Virus record (IMG/VR): IMGVR_UViG_3300014205_000194
Span: 1 to 64,000 of that record
Source of the DNA: a virus
Taxonomy: Duplodnaviria > Caudoviricetes
Reading direction: 5' to 3' (one strand)
DNA length: 64,000 nucleotides
Positions 28,905 to 39,489 of this stretch are shown piece by piece (the stretch's first letter is position 1; each line of letters opens with the position of its first letter). Both the position numbers and the translations under genes were made by a program. A model generated the notes under the pieces. It did not search any database, was not told the DNA's origin, and worked only from the letters and a program-made list of their open reading frames with translations.

Positions 28905-29972
28905 ATGAAGATTGTAATATTAGGTGATGTTCATATAGGGTGTAGAAACGATAGTATACAATTCCATAGACACCTCAGTAAATTCTACGAGCACTGTCTA
29001 TTCCCATTCATGGAAGAACATAACATCAAAGATATACTACAAACTGGCGATTTGTTTGATCGTAGAAAGTATATCAATTTTAATTCGATGTATCTCGCTA
29101 AAAAATATCTATTTGATCCGATGTATGTAAAGGATATAACTTTTCACACTCTCATCGGCAATCATGATGTGTATTTTAGAGATAAGTTAGATGTGAATTC
29201 TACTCAGCTATTGTTAGATGGATATGACAACATATTTGTCTATGATAGACCAACTACAGTATCTTTCGGTGGCGCGGCGATTGATATTATTCCTTGGATT
29301 TGCGATGATAACGAGCAACAGATAAAACAGTTCATCAATAACAGCAAATCTACTCTTTGCATAGGTCACTTCGAGCTATCCGGTTTCGAGATGTATATTG
29401 GTAGTGTATTTACCGGTGGTATGGATAGGTCGGAATTATCCAAATATGATATGGTATTTTCTGGTCACTTTCACCACAAATCTAGCACAGGAAATATCAA
29501 TTATGTCGGTACCCCGTATGAGTTGACTTGGGCAGACTACAATGATCCGCGTGGGTTTCATGTGTTTGATACCAGCACAAGAGATTTGATTTTCATTGAG
29601 AATCCATTTAAACTATTCCATAAAATAATCTACGACGGCGATCAGGAGACTAAGTTTACAATTAGATCCAAGCAGTTTTCTAGATATAACGAAACCATTG
29701 TAAAAGTTATCGCCACTAATAAAAAGAACGTCGTTCTATTCGATTCGTTTATGGATCTGCTATATAAGGTCGGTCCTTTTGATGTATCTATCGTCGAGGA
29801 CTTCGTAGATTACTCTAGTGTAGCTGTGGATGATGTTGTCGACCAGAGCGACGATGCAATAACTTCTATTGAAAAATATATTGATAATATTGGGGTTTCG
29901 TTGGATAAGCAGCGTCTTAAAAACTACATGAGAACTGTCTATACCGAATCTCAGAACTTACAAGGAATATAA
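28905..29972 (+). CDS. gp47: Recombination endonuclease gp47 (Mre11/SbcD-like)
   Basis: GDVHIG, GDLFDRRK, GNHD, GHFE, SGHFH. Confidence 0.93.
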   Translation: MKIVILGDVHIGCRNDSIQFHRHLSKFYEHCLFPFMEEHNIKDILQTGDLFDRRKYINFNSMYLAKKYLFDPMYVKDITFHTLIGNHDVYFRDKLDVNSTQLLLDGYDNIFVYDRPTTVSFGGAAIDIIPWICDDNEQQIKQFINNSKSTLCIGHFELSGFEMYIGSVFTGGMDRSELSKYDMVFSGHFHHKSSTGNINYVGTPYELTWADYNDPRGFHVFDTSTRDLIFIENPFKLFHKIIYDGDQETKFTIRSKQFSRYNETIVKVIATNKKNVVLFDSFMDLLYKVGPFDVSIVEDFVDYSSVAVDDVVDQSDDAITSIEKYIDNIGVSLDKQRLKNYMRTVYTESQNLQGI

Positions 29973-31696
29973 TGGCTCAGATCGTATTTGAAAAGGTAAG
30001 ATATAAGAACTTCTTATCTACTGGTAATATATTCCTAGAGGTGCCATTAAATCAATATAAGACTATGTTGATTGTCGGTAAGAATGGTCGCGGTAAGAGT
30101 ATTGTGACCGAGGGCATCGTATTCGCTCTTTTCGATAAGTCATTTCGTGGACTTAATAAACCGGCTCTGGTCAACTCCATTAATGGAAAAGATTGTGTGG
30201 TAGAGTTGGAATTTTCTATTGGCATCTCTAAGTATAAGATTGTTCGTGGAATCAAGCCCGCTATATTTGAGATATGGGAGAATGGATCCCTGATTGGGCA
30301 GGATGCAGCTACCAAAGATTATCAAAAATATCTCGAAGAAGTTATCCTTCGATTCAATTATAAAGCATTTACTCAGATTGTAATTCTAGGTAGTTCCTCG
30401 TATATTCCGTTCATGAAATTGAATGCTGCCGCCCGCAGGGATATCATCGAAGATTTGTTGGATATCCGGGTATTCTCTGCTATGAATGTCGTAGCCAAGG
30501 ATAAGGCTAGTCAGATTAAAAATGCTATATCGGAAACCATCGCTTCAATTGAGACTACTCTAGAGAAGTTACAGCTTCAGAAGAAGTACATCGAAGATAA
30601 AAAGAAGGACGTTAGCTCGCAGGTAGAATCAAAACAGAAAGAATGTTCTGATATTGAAGCAAATATCAACGAACACGTAACTGAGATTGGTGTCATCCAG
30701 AAGCACGTTGATATCTTAACTAATTCGATATCCGATTGTGATACAAAGAAGACCCAGTTATCCGAGTTGAATAAAATTCACACCAAGCTGATAACGAATA
30801 AAAGCAAGATCATAAAGGAAATAGAATTCTACACAGATAATACAATATGCCCTACTTGTACTCAGGACATACATGAAGAATTCAAGCGCGGCATTGTATG
30901 GAAAAAGACAGAAAAATCACAAGAACTATCGAGCGGGTTGACTGAGTTGGAGACTAGATTATCTTCGTTAACTGTTCGTTTATCCGAAATCAGCAAGGTT
31001 CAGGATAATATATCCAAACATAACGAAGAGATTTCTAGAATTAATGCTACTATTGCTCAGATGAGGAAGTATCAGAAAAAGACTCTGGGTGAGATAGAGG
31101 CACTACAGAATAAGAATGTTATCGAGGGTGACTTGGAGTCCACTGCCAAGGAACTGTATACCTCGTACCAGACAGCAAAACAAACCAAGACAGAATTGAC
31201 GATAGAGCAGGAGTACGCAAACGCCGCGCTGGCCCTACTAAAGGATTCTGGCATCAAGGCGAAGATTGTTCAGCAATATCTACCTATTATCAATAAGCTG
31301 GTCAACAAATATCTGACGACCATGGGTCTGTTTGTCTCTTTCAATTTAGATGAAGAATTCAAGGAAACAATCAAGTCCAGACACCGAGATAACTTCTCAT
31401 ACAATAACTTTTCAGAAGGACAACGTATGAGAATTGACTTGGCCCTGTTGTTTACATTTAGAGCAGTTGCCAAGATAAAGAACAGTGTCCATACCAACTT
31501 GTTGATAATGGATGAGATTTTCGATTCGTCATTCGATCAAGAAGGCAAAGAAATTCTCATTACGATGATCGATGAGCTAAGTAAGGACACAAATATTATG
31601 GTGATTTCGCATACAACCGATCAATGGGCAGATAAATTCCACGCAGTGATGAAAGTGGACATGGAAAAAAACTTTACTACTATGGTGATAGAATGA
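29972..31696 (+). CDS. gp46: Recombination ATPase gp46 (Rad50/SbcC-like)
   Basis: YKNFLSTGN, GKNGRGKS, CPTC hook, FSEGQ, LIMDE. Confidence 0.94.
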   Translation: MAQIVFEKVRYKNFLSTGNIFLEVPLNQYKTMLIVGKNGRGKSIVTEGIVFALFDKSFRGLNKPALVNSINGKDCVVELEFSIGISKYKIVRGIKPAIFEIWENGSLIGQDAATKDYQKYLEEVILRFNYKAFTQIVILGSSSYIPFMKLNAAARRDIIEDLLDIRVFSAMNVVAKDKASQIKNAISETIASIETTLEKLQLQKKYIEDKKKDVSSQVESKQKECSDIEANINEHVTEIGVIQKHVDILTNSISDCDTKKTQLSELNKIHTKLITNKSKIIKEIEFYTDNTICPTCTQDIHEEFKRGIVWKKTEKSQELSSGLTELETRLSSLTVRLSEISKVQDNISKHNEEISRINATIAQMRKYQKKTLGEIEALQNKNVIEGDLESTAKELYTSYQTAKQTKTELTIEQEYANAALALLKDSGIKAKIVQQYLPIINKLVNKYLTTMGLFVSFNLDEEFKETIKSRHRDNFSYNNFSEGQRMRIDLALLFTFRAVAKIKNSVHTNLLIMDEIFDSSFDQEGKEILITMIDELSKDTNIMVISHTTDQWADKFHAVMKVDMEKNFTTMVIE

Positions 31697-32232
31697 CACA
31701 GAAAATGTTGAAATTTGTTAATGGTATGATGGTAGAATACTACCTGTATGATCTCATTGATAAATATGATCCGATTTTGAAAACGAAGTGTACCGAATTC
31801 GATTTTGCTTATCCCCCTACTAATCCAGAAACTCTATCCATTTCCTTATTGCAGACGATGATTAAATATAAGGGGCTCGGGTTAGCCGCAAATCAAGTAG
31901 GATTAAAATATCGTGTGTTCGTGATGGGATCGGGCGATACTTGGTATTCCTGTTTCAACCCAGTAATTATCGGTATGTCCGGTGAGGAAGTAAAAGAAGA
32001 GGGTTGTCTGTCACACCCGGGGTTATTATTGCATATTAAACGAGCGAGCGTCGTTAATCTGAAATATTTCGATCACAAGGGCGTAGAGAAAACTGATACT
32101 TTCACTGGGCTAACTGCCAAGATTATACAGCATGAAATGATGCATCTGGATGGACTTTCGTTCACTGACATGGTACCGAAAGTCACGTTGCAGCGGGCAC
32201 AGGGCAAGATTAAGCGCAACCTAAAGTTATAA
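31693..32232 (+). CDS. def: Peptide deformylase
   Basis: GLGLAANQVG, EGCLS, QHEMMHLDG. Confidence 0.9.
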   Translation: MTQKMLKFVNGMMVEYYLYDLIDKYDPILKTKCTEFDFAYPPTNPETLSISLLQTMIKYKGLGLAANQVGLKYRVFVMGSGDTWYSCFNPVIIGMSGEEVKEEGCLSHPGLLLHIKRASVVNLKYFDHKGVEKTDTFTGLTAKIIQHEMMHLDGLSFTDMVPKVTLQRAQGKIKRNLKL

Positions 32233-32263
32233 CGACCACTCCTTTATAATAAAAACGTATAAA

Positions 32264-32375
32264 ACTAAACTCTAGTAGAATCAATGACTTAGCGTAAGTT
32301 GTTGTTTTTGCTGGAGTTTTACTATATACGAACCGATCCAGCGACTGTATAATGGACGCATACAGTAAGTAATCC
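32264..32375 (+). repeat. Regulatory cassette copy 1: long hairpin with inverted IHF-like sites, then TATACG-N17-TATAAT promoter and agtaagtaatcc leader
   Basis: aatcaatgactta-gcg-taagttgttgttt core, homologous to 43186-43295. Confidence 0.8.
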
Positions 32376-32391
32376 GTTGGAGTAAGATGAA

Positions 32392-32691
32392 ATGGCAAAC
32401 CTCATCAAAGACCTCACCGACCGCATCGAAGGATACCGCGCTGACACCAAAACTCCTTGCAAAAACTACGCGACCGAAGCTGCTGCCGAAAGGGCTACCG
32501 CGAAGATGGCCCAGGCTGCTGCCAATTACTTCAGCAAAGACGGTAAAGGTACTACATCAGCCAACTACGTCGTATTCTACGTAAAGCCATGGGGTCGCTG
32601 GGTTGGTTGCATTGATATGTCAGAACTGGTTAATCGTCCCGACTCAACAGGCGGATACATGGGATATTGCACTGGGTTCTTTACTTATTAA
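32392..32691 (+). CDS. Early hypothetical protein
   Basis: ggag RBS, first gene after the cassette promoter. Confidence 0.65.
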   Translation: MANLIKDLTDRIEGYRADTKTPCKNYATEAAAERATAKMAQAAANYFSKDGKGTTSANYVVFYVKPWGRWVGCIDMSELVNRPDSTGGYMGYCTGFFTY

Positions 32692-32730
32692 TCGAATCAT
32701 ATTATAATCTAATCACATCTAGTATAAAGG

Positions 32731-34767
32731 ATGCTTGAGTTGAATATTCAATCACAAAAAGCAATTCTCGCTAAACTTCTCGCGACAGAAGACGTGTTCG
32801 TTGTTCATAGCGAAATTGCTGATACTGCATCATTTGACCTAGAATCCCGAGCGCTCACTCTACCGGTATGGAAAAATATTTCACCCGAGCTCTATGACCT
32901 TTTTGTTGGTCACGAAGTGGGCCATGCCCTATATACACCAAAAGAAGAATGGTTGGCTGCAATTAATTCGCTAGGTGAATCCTCCGGGGCATTCAAGAGC
33001 TTTTTGAATGTAATAGAAGATGCTCGAATCGAAAAGCTCATTAAACGTAAATTTCCGGGAATCCGCAAATCCTTCTTTTCTGGATATTCAGAACTGCTAG
33101 ATAAAGACTTTTTTGGTATTAATGGGTACGACCAATCCAAATTGGATAGTATGTCGATTATCGATCGTATTAATGTGCATATGAAGACTGGCTCATTAAC
33201 CAATATTAATTTCAAACCAAACGAAAAGGTATATGTCGAGCGAATCGAGAATCTACCCACATTCGATGAGACAATCGCCCTTGCTAAGGAATTGTATGAA
33301 TATTCTAAGGAAGAGGCGAAGACTAACAGAGACCCGACCGATGTGTATATCGAAGAAATTGGTGCTAACACACAAGACAATTTCGACGCGCATTCGAAAG
33401 ATCTAGTGTCTACTGATAAAAGAAAACACGTCTATTTGAATCTACCAAAAGCGGATTTATCTAAGATCATCGTCCCATATAAAACCGTTCAGGAGACATT
33501 CGATAAGAGCTCGGTGTTGTCATTCGGTGTTTTTTATGAGCCGACTATGAAATCTTTGTATGCTAGGATGGTTAGTCGTACCTCTCGGCACATTCAGGTT
33601 CTAGTAAAAAATTTCGAGATGTACAAGAATGCTAAGCAATATGCACGCGAACGCATTTCCAGGAGCGGCGATCTAGATACAAAACGGTTGCACTCTTATA
33701 AGATGGTCGATGATCTATTTAAGCGTATCACGACCACGGACAAGGGTAAATCCCATGGGCTCGTTCTCTATATGGATATGTCTGGTTCTATGCACAATTG
33801 TCTAGCAGAGACTGTAGAGCAATTGTTGATTCTTACTGGATTTTGTCAGAAGGTAGGTATTAATTTTGAGGTATATGGGTTCTGTAGTGCGCCCTCCCCG
33901 GACAATCTAAACCACGATTATTCTGCTTGTTTTGAGCACGATAAGTCTAGGTATTTTTCTTTTGCGAAACATCGGGTAACCGCTACATTCCATTTACGAG
34001 AATTGTTGAGTTCTAACATGTCGCCGAATGAATATAAAAGAGCGGCGTCTATGCTACTATTGGTATCCAACTACACCCGCTCCGCAGACGACGGCTATTT
34101 CGATATTATCCACATACTTTCATCGAACCCATCGGTACCTGGTAGAATGCAACCTAATCAGAATGGTTTTTTATTACATTCTACACCACTAAGTCTCACC
34201 GCCATGGCCTCGTTCGAAGTAGTGAAGCAATTCAAACAACGTTATAAAAATGACATTGTGAATGTGGTATATCTGACCGACGGTCGAGATGATATAATCG
34301 ATATCATCGTGCCCTGTTCAGCCACATCCTATGCACAAGAGCTTATATTTAAAGATGGATGCCCAACTGGGTCAATCGTACATATAGTCCATCCACAAAC
34401 CAAGGTTTGTAGGACACGCGAAACGAATCTAACAGAAACCTTGTTATCTCTCCTAGGTGAGGTCGAGGGCGTCAATCATGTCGGGTTTTTCTTATGTTCC
34501 GATAAAAGATCATTAGACACCATAACAAAACAAAGGGGATTATCTTCTAAATGTGTTGCTGAAGCGCGGTCGAGGGGATGGATTGAGTTGAACGAATGCG
34601 GGTTTAATTCTTATTATCTAATTAATTTGGGGTTTTCTACAACAGAAGATGTCATTGGAGAATCTGATACTACCGGTCAGATTTCTAAGAAATTTATGAG
34701 AGGTCTCCAGAATAATCGAGCCACTCGTACTATTCTGGCTAATTTTGCTAAACAGATTGCAATCTAG
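32731..34767 (+). CDS. CobT-like protein: N-terminal HExxH metallopeptidase-like domain plus vWA domain
   Basis: VGHEVGH, NVIEDARIE, MIDAS DMSGSM...YLTDG. Confidence 0.8.
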   Translation: MLELNIQSQKAILAKLLATEDVFVVHSEIADTASFDLESRALTLPVWKNISPELYDLFVGHEVGHALYTPKEEWLAAINSLGESSGAFKSFLNVIEDARIEKLIKRKFPGIRKSFFSGYSELLDKDFFGINGYDQSKLDSMSIIDRINVHMKTGSLTNINFKPNEKVYVERIENLPTFDETIALAKELYEYSKEEAKTNRDPTDVYIEEIGANTQDNFDAHSKDLVSTDKRKHVYLNLPKADLSKIIVPYKTVQETFDKSSVLSFGVFYEPTMKSLYARMVSRTSRHIQVLVKNFEMYKNAKQYARERISRSGDLDTKRLHSYKMVDDLFKRITTTDKGKSHGLVLYMDMSGSMHNCLAETVEQLLILTGFCQKVGINFEVYGFCSAPSPDNLNHDYSACFEHDKSRYFSFAKHRVTATFHLRELLSSNMSPNEYKRAASMLLLVSNYTRSADDGYFDIIHILSSNPSVPGRMQPNQNGFLLHSTPLSLTAMASFEVVKQFKQRYKNDIVNVVYLTDGRDDIIDIIVPCSATSYAQELIFKDGCPTGSIVHIVHPQTKVCRTRETNLTETLLSLLGEVEGVNHVGFFLCSDKRSLDTITKQRGLSSKCVAEARSRGWIELNECGFNSYYLINLGFSTTEDVIGESDTTGQISKKFMRGLQNNRATRTILANFAKQIAI

Positions 34768-34823
34768 CCTATTATTTGTTATAATACTCCGGTAAATTGA
34801 TATTAACCTAATATAGGAACTAT

Positions 34824-35975
34824 ATGATGAGACATTTTCGTGATGAACACACCCGTGATGAGTTTATCGAGAAAGCGAAGTCTACCCTGGGTAGTAGTGC
34901 GGAACGCGACACCATCGCCAAATTTGCCGCTGATAATGGATATGCACTTCCATATTTTATTTTCGACAACTCGCGTCGGGTTAGTCGCGGCACATATAGT
35001 CTCGAGTCGAATCCGACCACAACACATCCAGTCAAGAAAGAATCTGCCCCAGATACTACAGTACAAAATGTCGTCAGGATTGATGTTCGTAAAGTGGCTA
35101 CTAACGTTACTGATTCTTTCGTGCCGGAGAAAGATCCTACCTACGAACCGTTCGGGTTCTATTCAGATTTGAAGAAAGTAATTAAATCTGGTCTGTTCTA
35201 TCCTGTCTATATCACAGGGCTTTCTGGTAATGGTAAGACTCTGATGGTCGATCAAGTCTGTGCTGATCTCAAGCGCGAATTGGTTCGCGTAAATATCACC
35301 AAAGAAACCGACGAAACCGATCTGATTGGTTCGTATGAACTGGTCGATGGTAACACGGTGCGCCGCGAAGGCCCTGTAATCACAGCTATGCGTCGCGGTG
35401 CAATTCTGCTTCTGGATGAAACAGACTATGGCTCAGAACGTCTTTTGTGTCTACAGCCGATTCTCGAAGGCAAAGGTTATTTCGATAAGAAAACCGGTGA
35501 ATTCATCCACCCAAAGACCGGGTTTAATGTAATTGCCACCGCTAACACCAAGGGCAAGGGATCGGACGATGGTCGTTTTATTGGTGCTAACGTATTGAAC
35601 GAAGCCTTCTTGGAACGGTTTGCCATTACAGTCGAACAAGAATATCCCGCCGAAAAGGTAGAGCTAGCCATTCTTAAGAATAATTTCGACCGACTGGGCA
35701 TCAAAGATGAGGAGTCTGCAATCAAGTTGGTAAAATGGGCGGCGGTAATCCGCAAATCATTCGACGAAGGCGCAGTAGACGAGATTATCTCTACGCGCCG
35801 ACTCGTACACATTGTTCGTGCATATGATATATTCTCCAATCTGAAGCGGGCGATTGAACTGTGTCTGAATCGGTTCGATAAAGATACAAAGGCCGCTTTC
35901 TACGATCTCTATGAGAAGATGCAAGCTCCTGCACAAGAAGAACCTAAAGAACCTAAAGAGCAAGTATTCTTCTAA
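34824..35975 (+). CDS. CobS-like MoxR AAA+ ATPase
   Basis: GLSGNGKT, LLLDE, ATANTKGKGSDDGRF, AFLERF, STRRL. Confidence 0.9.
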   Translation: MMRHFRDEHTRDEFIEKAKSTLGSSAERDTIAKFAADNGYALPYFIFDNSRRVSRGTYSLESNPTTTHPVKKESAPDTTVQNVVRIDVRKVATNVTDSFVPEKDPTYEPFGFYSDLKKVIKSGLFYPVYITGLSGNGKTLMVDQVCADLKRELVRVNITKETDETDLIGSYELVDGNTVRREGPVITAMRRGAILLLDETDYGSERLLCLQPILEGKGYFDKKTGEFIHPKTGFNVIATANTKGKGSDDGRFIGANVLNEAFLERFAITVEQEYPAEKVELAILKNNFDRLGIKDEESAIKLVKWAAVIRKSFDEGAVDEIISTRRLVHIVRAYDIFSNLKRAIELCLNRFDKDTKAAFYDLYEKMQAPAQEEPKEPKEQVFF

Positions 35976-36037
35976 GTATTTCTGGTAGGTCCAGAAATGC
36001 CGGGTAGAATCCGCGACTACTCGGCACAATTAGCGGA
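35976..36037 (+). promoter_or_regulatory. Structured leader: hairpin plus H-type pseudoknot upstream of the HTH gene
   Basis: tgccgggtag/ctactcggca stem, loop tccgc complementary to downstream gcgga. Confidence 0.55.
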
Positions 36038-36061
36038 ACTTAATTATGAAAGGTGAAATTT

Positions 36062-36307
36062 ATGGCAAAAACGTCAAAAGAAAAATTGTTTAAACTGCTT
36101 AGTTCTGGTAAGAGCTATACGACGCGTCAGCTGCAATCGTGGCTTGGTGTGGATCGAATTGCTGCCCGTATCCATGAGATGCGTCAGGCTGGTATGATGA
36201 TTCAAACCGAAATCAAGACTAATAGCAAGGGCGAAAAGGTCTCGACGTATCGTTTCGGTAAACCGACCTCGTCTTCTCTGGGTATGCAAGCAGCCAAGAA
36301 AGCATAA
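36062..36307 (+). CDS. Small winged helix-turn-helix protein
   Basis: KLLSSGKSYT...IAARIHEMRQAG..I......KVSTYRFG. aaggtg RBS favours ATG 36062. Confidence 0.75.
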   Translation: MAKTSKEKLFKLLSSGKSYTTRQLQSWLGVDRIAARIHEMRQAGMMIQTEIKTNSKGEKVSTYRFGKPTSSSLGMQAAKKA

Positions 36308-36353
36308 TATAAATTGCTTTCTTCGACATAACACATCATAATAATTATAAATT

Positions 36354-36377
36354 GGTAGCCCGCAACGGGCTACCTTT
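36354..36377. terminator. Hairpin terminator between convergent genes
   Basis: ggtagcccg-caa-cgggctacc-ttt. Confidence 0.75.
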
Positions 36378-37923
36378 ATTGTCTTCTCCACACAAAGCAT
36401 GACATGCCGCAGTCATATACTTTTAGCCAACCGTTATTGTAACAATTTTTGTCGGCTGTTAGAGACGGATCATAGTTTTCTAGTTCGGTTGATAGCTTAT
36501 GTTTCTGGAGCGCAATTCTGTTTTTTACTGCGCTTCCTCTGAAGTAGAAATAACCAGGTTTGGTGTCATGTGAGTGAACAAACCCAACTTTTTCGTATGA
36601 TTTGCCATCAAATAGCCTTATATCAGAGAATGTTTGCATAGATTCTATTTGGTTGTTTGATATTGTATATTTGAATAGTTTAGAGAATCCACCAACGACC
36701 GTCGTGTTTAGTTTATGACAGAATCTAAGGAGTTCGTGTGTATATTGTTTATCGAACCTAGACTTACCGGCGCCGATTACAGACACCAATTCTCCGTCAT
36801 GGAACAGGCCATATCTAATGGAGCAATTGACTGAACCTTGTATGTGGTTTTCTTCTAGGAAAGAACTTAGTTTTTTAGACGATATTGCTAAAACTGAACA
36901 GTTGCGCGCATATATACGTTTGGTTTTACCAACAATGCTCCTGACAATAGACTTTACTATTTCTTTTTTGTATAACCATTCATTGTTCCAGAATTGATAT
37001 AAACGAATGCCCTTTTCTTTGCATAGATTGTGTTTTTGAATATGACGCTCTTTATCTTCAGCATGCCAATATAGTCCATTATATTCAAAAGCAATATTTA
37101 AATCCCTGATGTAGATGTCTAGTTCTTTTGGATTAATTATTCTTCTGTCGTTGGATTGTACGTGATATTCGAATAGAGACTGCACAAATTCATGGAATTG
37201 TTTTTGTTCTTTGCCATACTCAGACGGAAATTGATTTGGTTCTATGTTGTATTTTTGGAACCACAGCCAAACGGTTCTTGGAGTAGCGCCAAGTTCTTCT
37301 GCGATCTTCAATGTGCTCTTGGTTTTATTTTCTTCGATCAACCATTCCTTGGATCGTAGAGTTGGATACGTATGATCTTTAGATGCTTGCATTTTTTGTA
37401 TAACACTGGGGGCCTGTGTGGTATGTTTAACGCCATAACGTTCTAGGCATGTCTGCATACTTTTGTCTTTATTGTTATAATATTCGTTGCCATGGCGATC
37501 TAATTTTGTTTGTTTGATCTTAGTGACAGATTCTTTTGTCGAAAAATAGTGTTCTACTCCATACTTTTCGAGATTGGTTTTCTTGACTTTTTCGTGTATA
37601 ATAGTATAATCTCTATTAGTGGCAATTTTATTATTTCTCTCTGGGCAGACATACATACAATCCTTAGAGCAATATTTTGTATAACCAACCTTGAAGCTAG
37701 AAAATTTTGATGGTTTATTGCAAACCACACAAAGACTTGGTTCATATTGGTCGTGATATATACTGTACACTTTATGAGGAATTGTATCCCCATATGACTG
37801 CATAAGTTCAGTTAGTTCTTTAGACAGGTTTTTGTTGTACCACCAAGTCTCAATACATACTCTGTTATTGAGACCACCAGTAACGGTGAGTAGGTTATTT
37901 TCTATCCAATGTTTATCTATCAT
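36376..37923 (-). CDS. Free-standing Hef-like homing endonuclease
   Basis: CVVC, YCSKDC, T.LEKYGV repeats, ELDIY..IAFEYNGLYWH, YARNC, FLEENHIQG, VYDCG. Paralogous to 23204-24559. Confidence 0.8.
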   Translation of the reverse strand: MIDKHWIENNLLTVTGGLNNRVCIETWWYNKNLSKELTELMQSYGDTIPHKVYSIYHDQYEPSLCVVCNKPSKFSSFKVGYTKYCSKDCMYVCPERNNKIATNRDYTIIHEKVKKTNLEKYGVEHYFSTKESVTKIKQTKLDRHGNEYYNNKDKSMQTCLERYGVKHTTQAPSVIQKMQASKDHTYPTLRSKEWLIEENKTKSTLKIAEELGATPRTVWLWFQKYNIEPNQFPSEYGKEQKQFHEFVQSLFEYHVQSNDRRIINPKELDIYIRDLNIAFEYNGLYWHAEDKERHIQKHNLCKEKGIRLYQFWNNEWLYKKEIVKSIVRSIVGKTKRIYARNCSVLAISSKKLSSFLEENHIQGSVNCSIRYGLFHDGELVSVIGAGKSRFDKQYTHELLRFCHKLNTTVVGGFSKLFKYTISNNQIESMQTFSDIRLFDGKSYEKVGFVHSHDTKPGYFYFRGSAVKNRIALQKHKLSTELENYDPSLTADKNCYNNGWLKVYDCGMSCFVWRRQ

Positions 37924-37971
37924 GATGATTTCCTATTTACTATTTGTTATAATTTGATTGGAGTAATGCTA

Positions 37972-38808
37972 ATGAATTTAGAAATAAAAGTGGATGATCT
38001 TAGGAAGAATAAGTTAATGATTTGCACGCCGATGTATGGGGGCATGGCCCAAGGCATGTATATGAAGTCCTGTTTGGATCTTCAGTCTGTTTGTGCCCAG
38101 TATGGCGTTGAAACTCGATTCTCTTTCATTTTCAACGAATCATTGATCACACGAGCACGTAATTATTTAGTGGATGAGTTCCTTCGGTCTGAATTTTCTC
38201 ATCTGTTGTTTATTGACTCTGATGTACATTTCGACCCGAAAGATGTCATTGCAATGTTGGCTCTGGATAAAGATGTAATCGGAGCTCCATATCCTAAGAA
38301 ATCTATTCGCTGGGGTGCAGTAAAAGAGGCAGTAATTCGCAATCCAAACATCGATCCTGCAGAATTAGAAAAAGTTACCGGTGATTATGTGTTTAATGCT
38401 GTATCGGGTACTGGTCAATTTAACATTGGCGAACCCCTACAAGTATTGGAACTTGGTACTGGTTTTATGATGATTAAGCGAGAAGTATTCCCGAAATGGA
38501 AAGAACAATATCCTGAATTTAGCTATCGCCCGGATCATGTAGGACAAGCTAACTTCGGTGGAGACAGATATATCCATGCATACTTCGATACCGTGATCGA
38601 CTCCAAACGAACCATTAATGTCGCGGGTGAGCAAAAAGAAGTCGGTGGGTCTGATCGATATTTATCAGAAGATTACCATTTCTGTCAATTCTGGCGCAAC
38701 ATGGGTGGTGAGATTTGGCTCTGTCCTTGGATGCAAACATATCATATCGGAACCTATGCGTTCCATGGTAACCTTGCTGCTGTCGCTGCAAATGTTGGTT
38801 CTCTGTGA
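37972..38808 (+). CDS. GT-A fold glycosyltransferase-like protein
   Basis: ICTPMYGG, NESLITRARN, LLFIDSD (DxD), GTGFMMI, YLSEDYHFC. Confidence 0.7.
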   Translation: MNLEIKVDDLRKNKLMICTPMYGGMAQGMYMKSCLDLQSVCAQYGVETRFSFIFNESLITRARNYLVDEFLRSEFSHLLFIDSDVHFDPKDVIAMLALDKDVIGAPYPKKSIRWGAVKEAVIRNPNIDPAELEKVTGDYVFNAVSGTGQFNIGEPLQVLELGTGFMMIKREVFPKWKEQYPEFSYRPDHVGQANFGGDRYIHAYFDTVIDSKRTINVAGEQKEVGGSDRYLSEDYHFCQFWRNMGGEIWLCPWMQTYHIGTYAFHGNLAAVAANVGSL

Positions 38809-38822
38809 AAGGAGAACCAACC

Positions 38823-39449
38823 ATGCACATAGTAGGATTGACTGGTTTTATTGGTAGCGGTAAAGATACAGTTGGTGACTTTTTCGTGGAGTGTGGGTAC
38901 GAGAAGGTCAGCTTCGCCGATAAACTGAAAGATGGGGTCGCCGTAATCTTCGGATGGGATCGAGAATTGGTCGAGGGTGACACCAAGGAATCTCGCGAGT
39001 GGCGAGAAATGAAAGATGCATATTGGTCCGACATGCTCGGGTATGAGGTTACGCCGAGGTCAATGCTACAAAGATTCGGTACCGATGCCTGTAGGAATGT
39101 AGTCGGGGTTAATATCTGGGTGGGTGCGTTAATTCGATCGTTGGATCCGACCAAGAAATATATCTGTACTGATGTTAGATTTCCTAATGAAATTGCTGCT
39201 ATTCGATCAGTTGCCGGTAAGTTGATTCGGATCCGTCGTGGCAATGATCCAATCTGGTATAACCTAGCATATTCTGAAAATCAAATACCAAGCGTCAAAT
39301 TAATGTCTAAATATCACCCAGAAGTGCATTATAGTGAGTGGGCCTGGGTAGGCACAGAGTTTGATTATGTAATCTCTAATGATTACGATATAGGCGTATT
39401 GGAAGATGATACGCTTAATATAATCAAACACATTGAAAAATCCAATTAA
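38823..39449 (+). CDS. gp1: Deoxynucleoside monophosphate kinase (gp1-like)
   Basis: GFIGSGKDT, SFADKLK, TPRSMLQRFGT, TDVRFPNE. Confidence 0.9.
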   Translation: MHIVGLTGFIGSGKDTVGDFFVECGYEKVSFADKLKDGVAVIFGWDRELVEGDTKESREWREMKDAYWSDMLGYEVTPRSMLQRFGTDACRNVVGVNIWVGALIRSLDPTKKYICTDVRFPNEIAAIRSVAGKLIRIRRGNDPIWYNLAYSENQIPSVKLMSKYHPEVHYSEWAWVGTEFDYVISNDYDIGVLEDDTLNIIKHIEKSN

Positions 39450-39489
39450 CTGTAATATAATGTAACAACACAATCAGCATGGAGTAATT

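Noticed and set aside
32731-35975. Cobalamin biosynthesis genes (cobS/cobT)
   Set aside because: No cobN or other cob genes are present. The architecture fits a generic MoxR-vWA pair.
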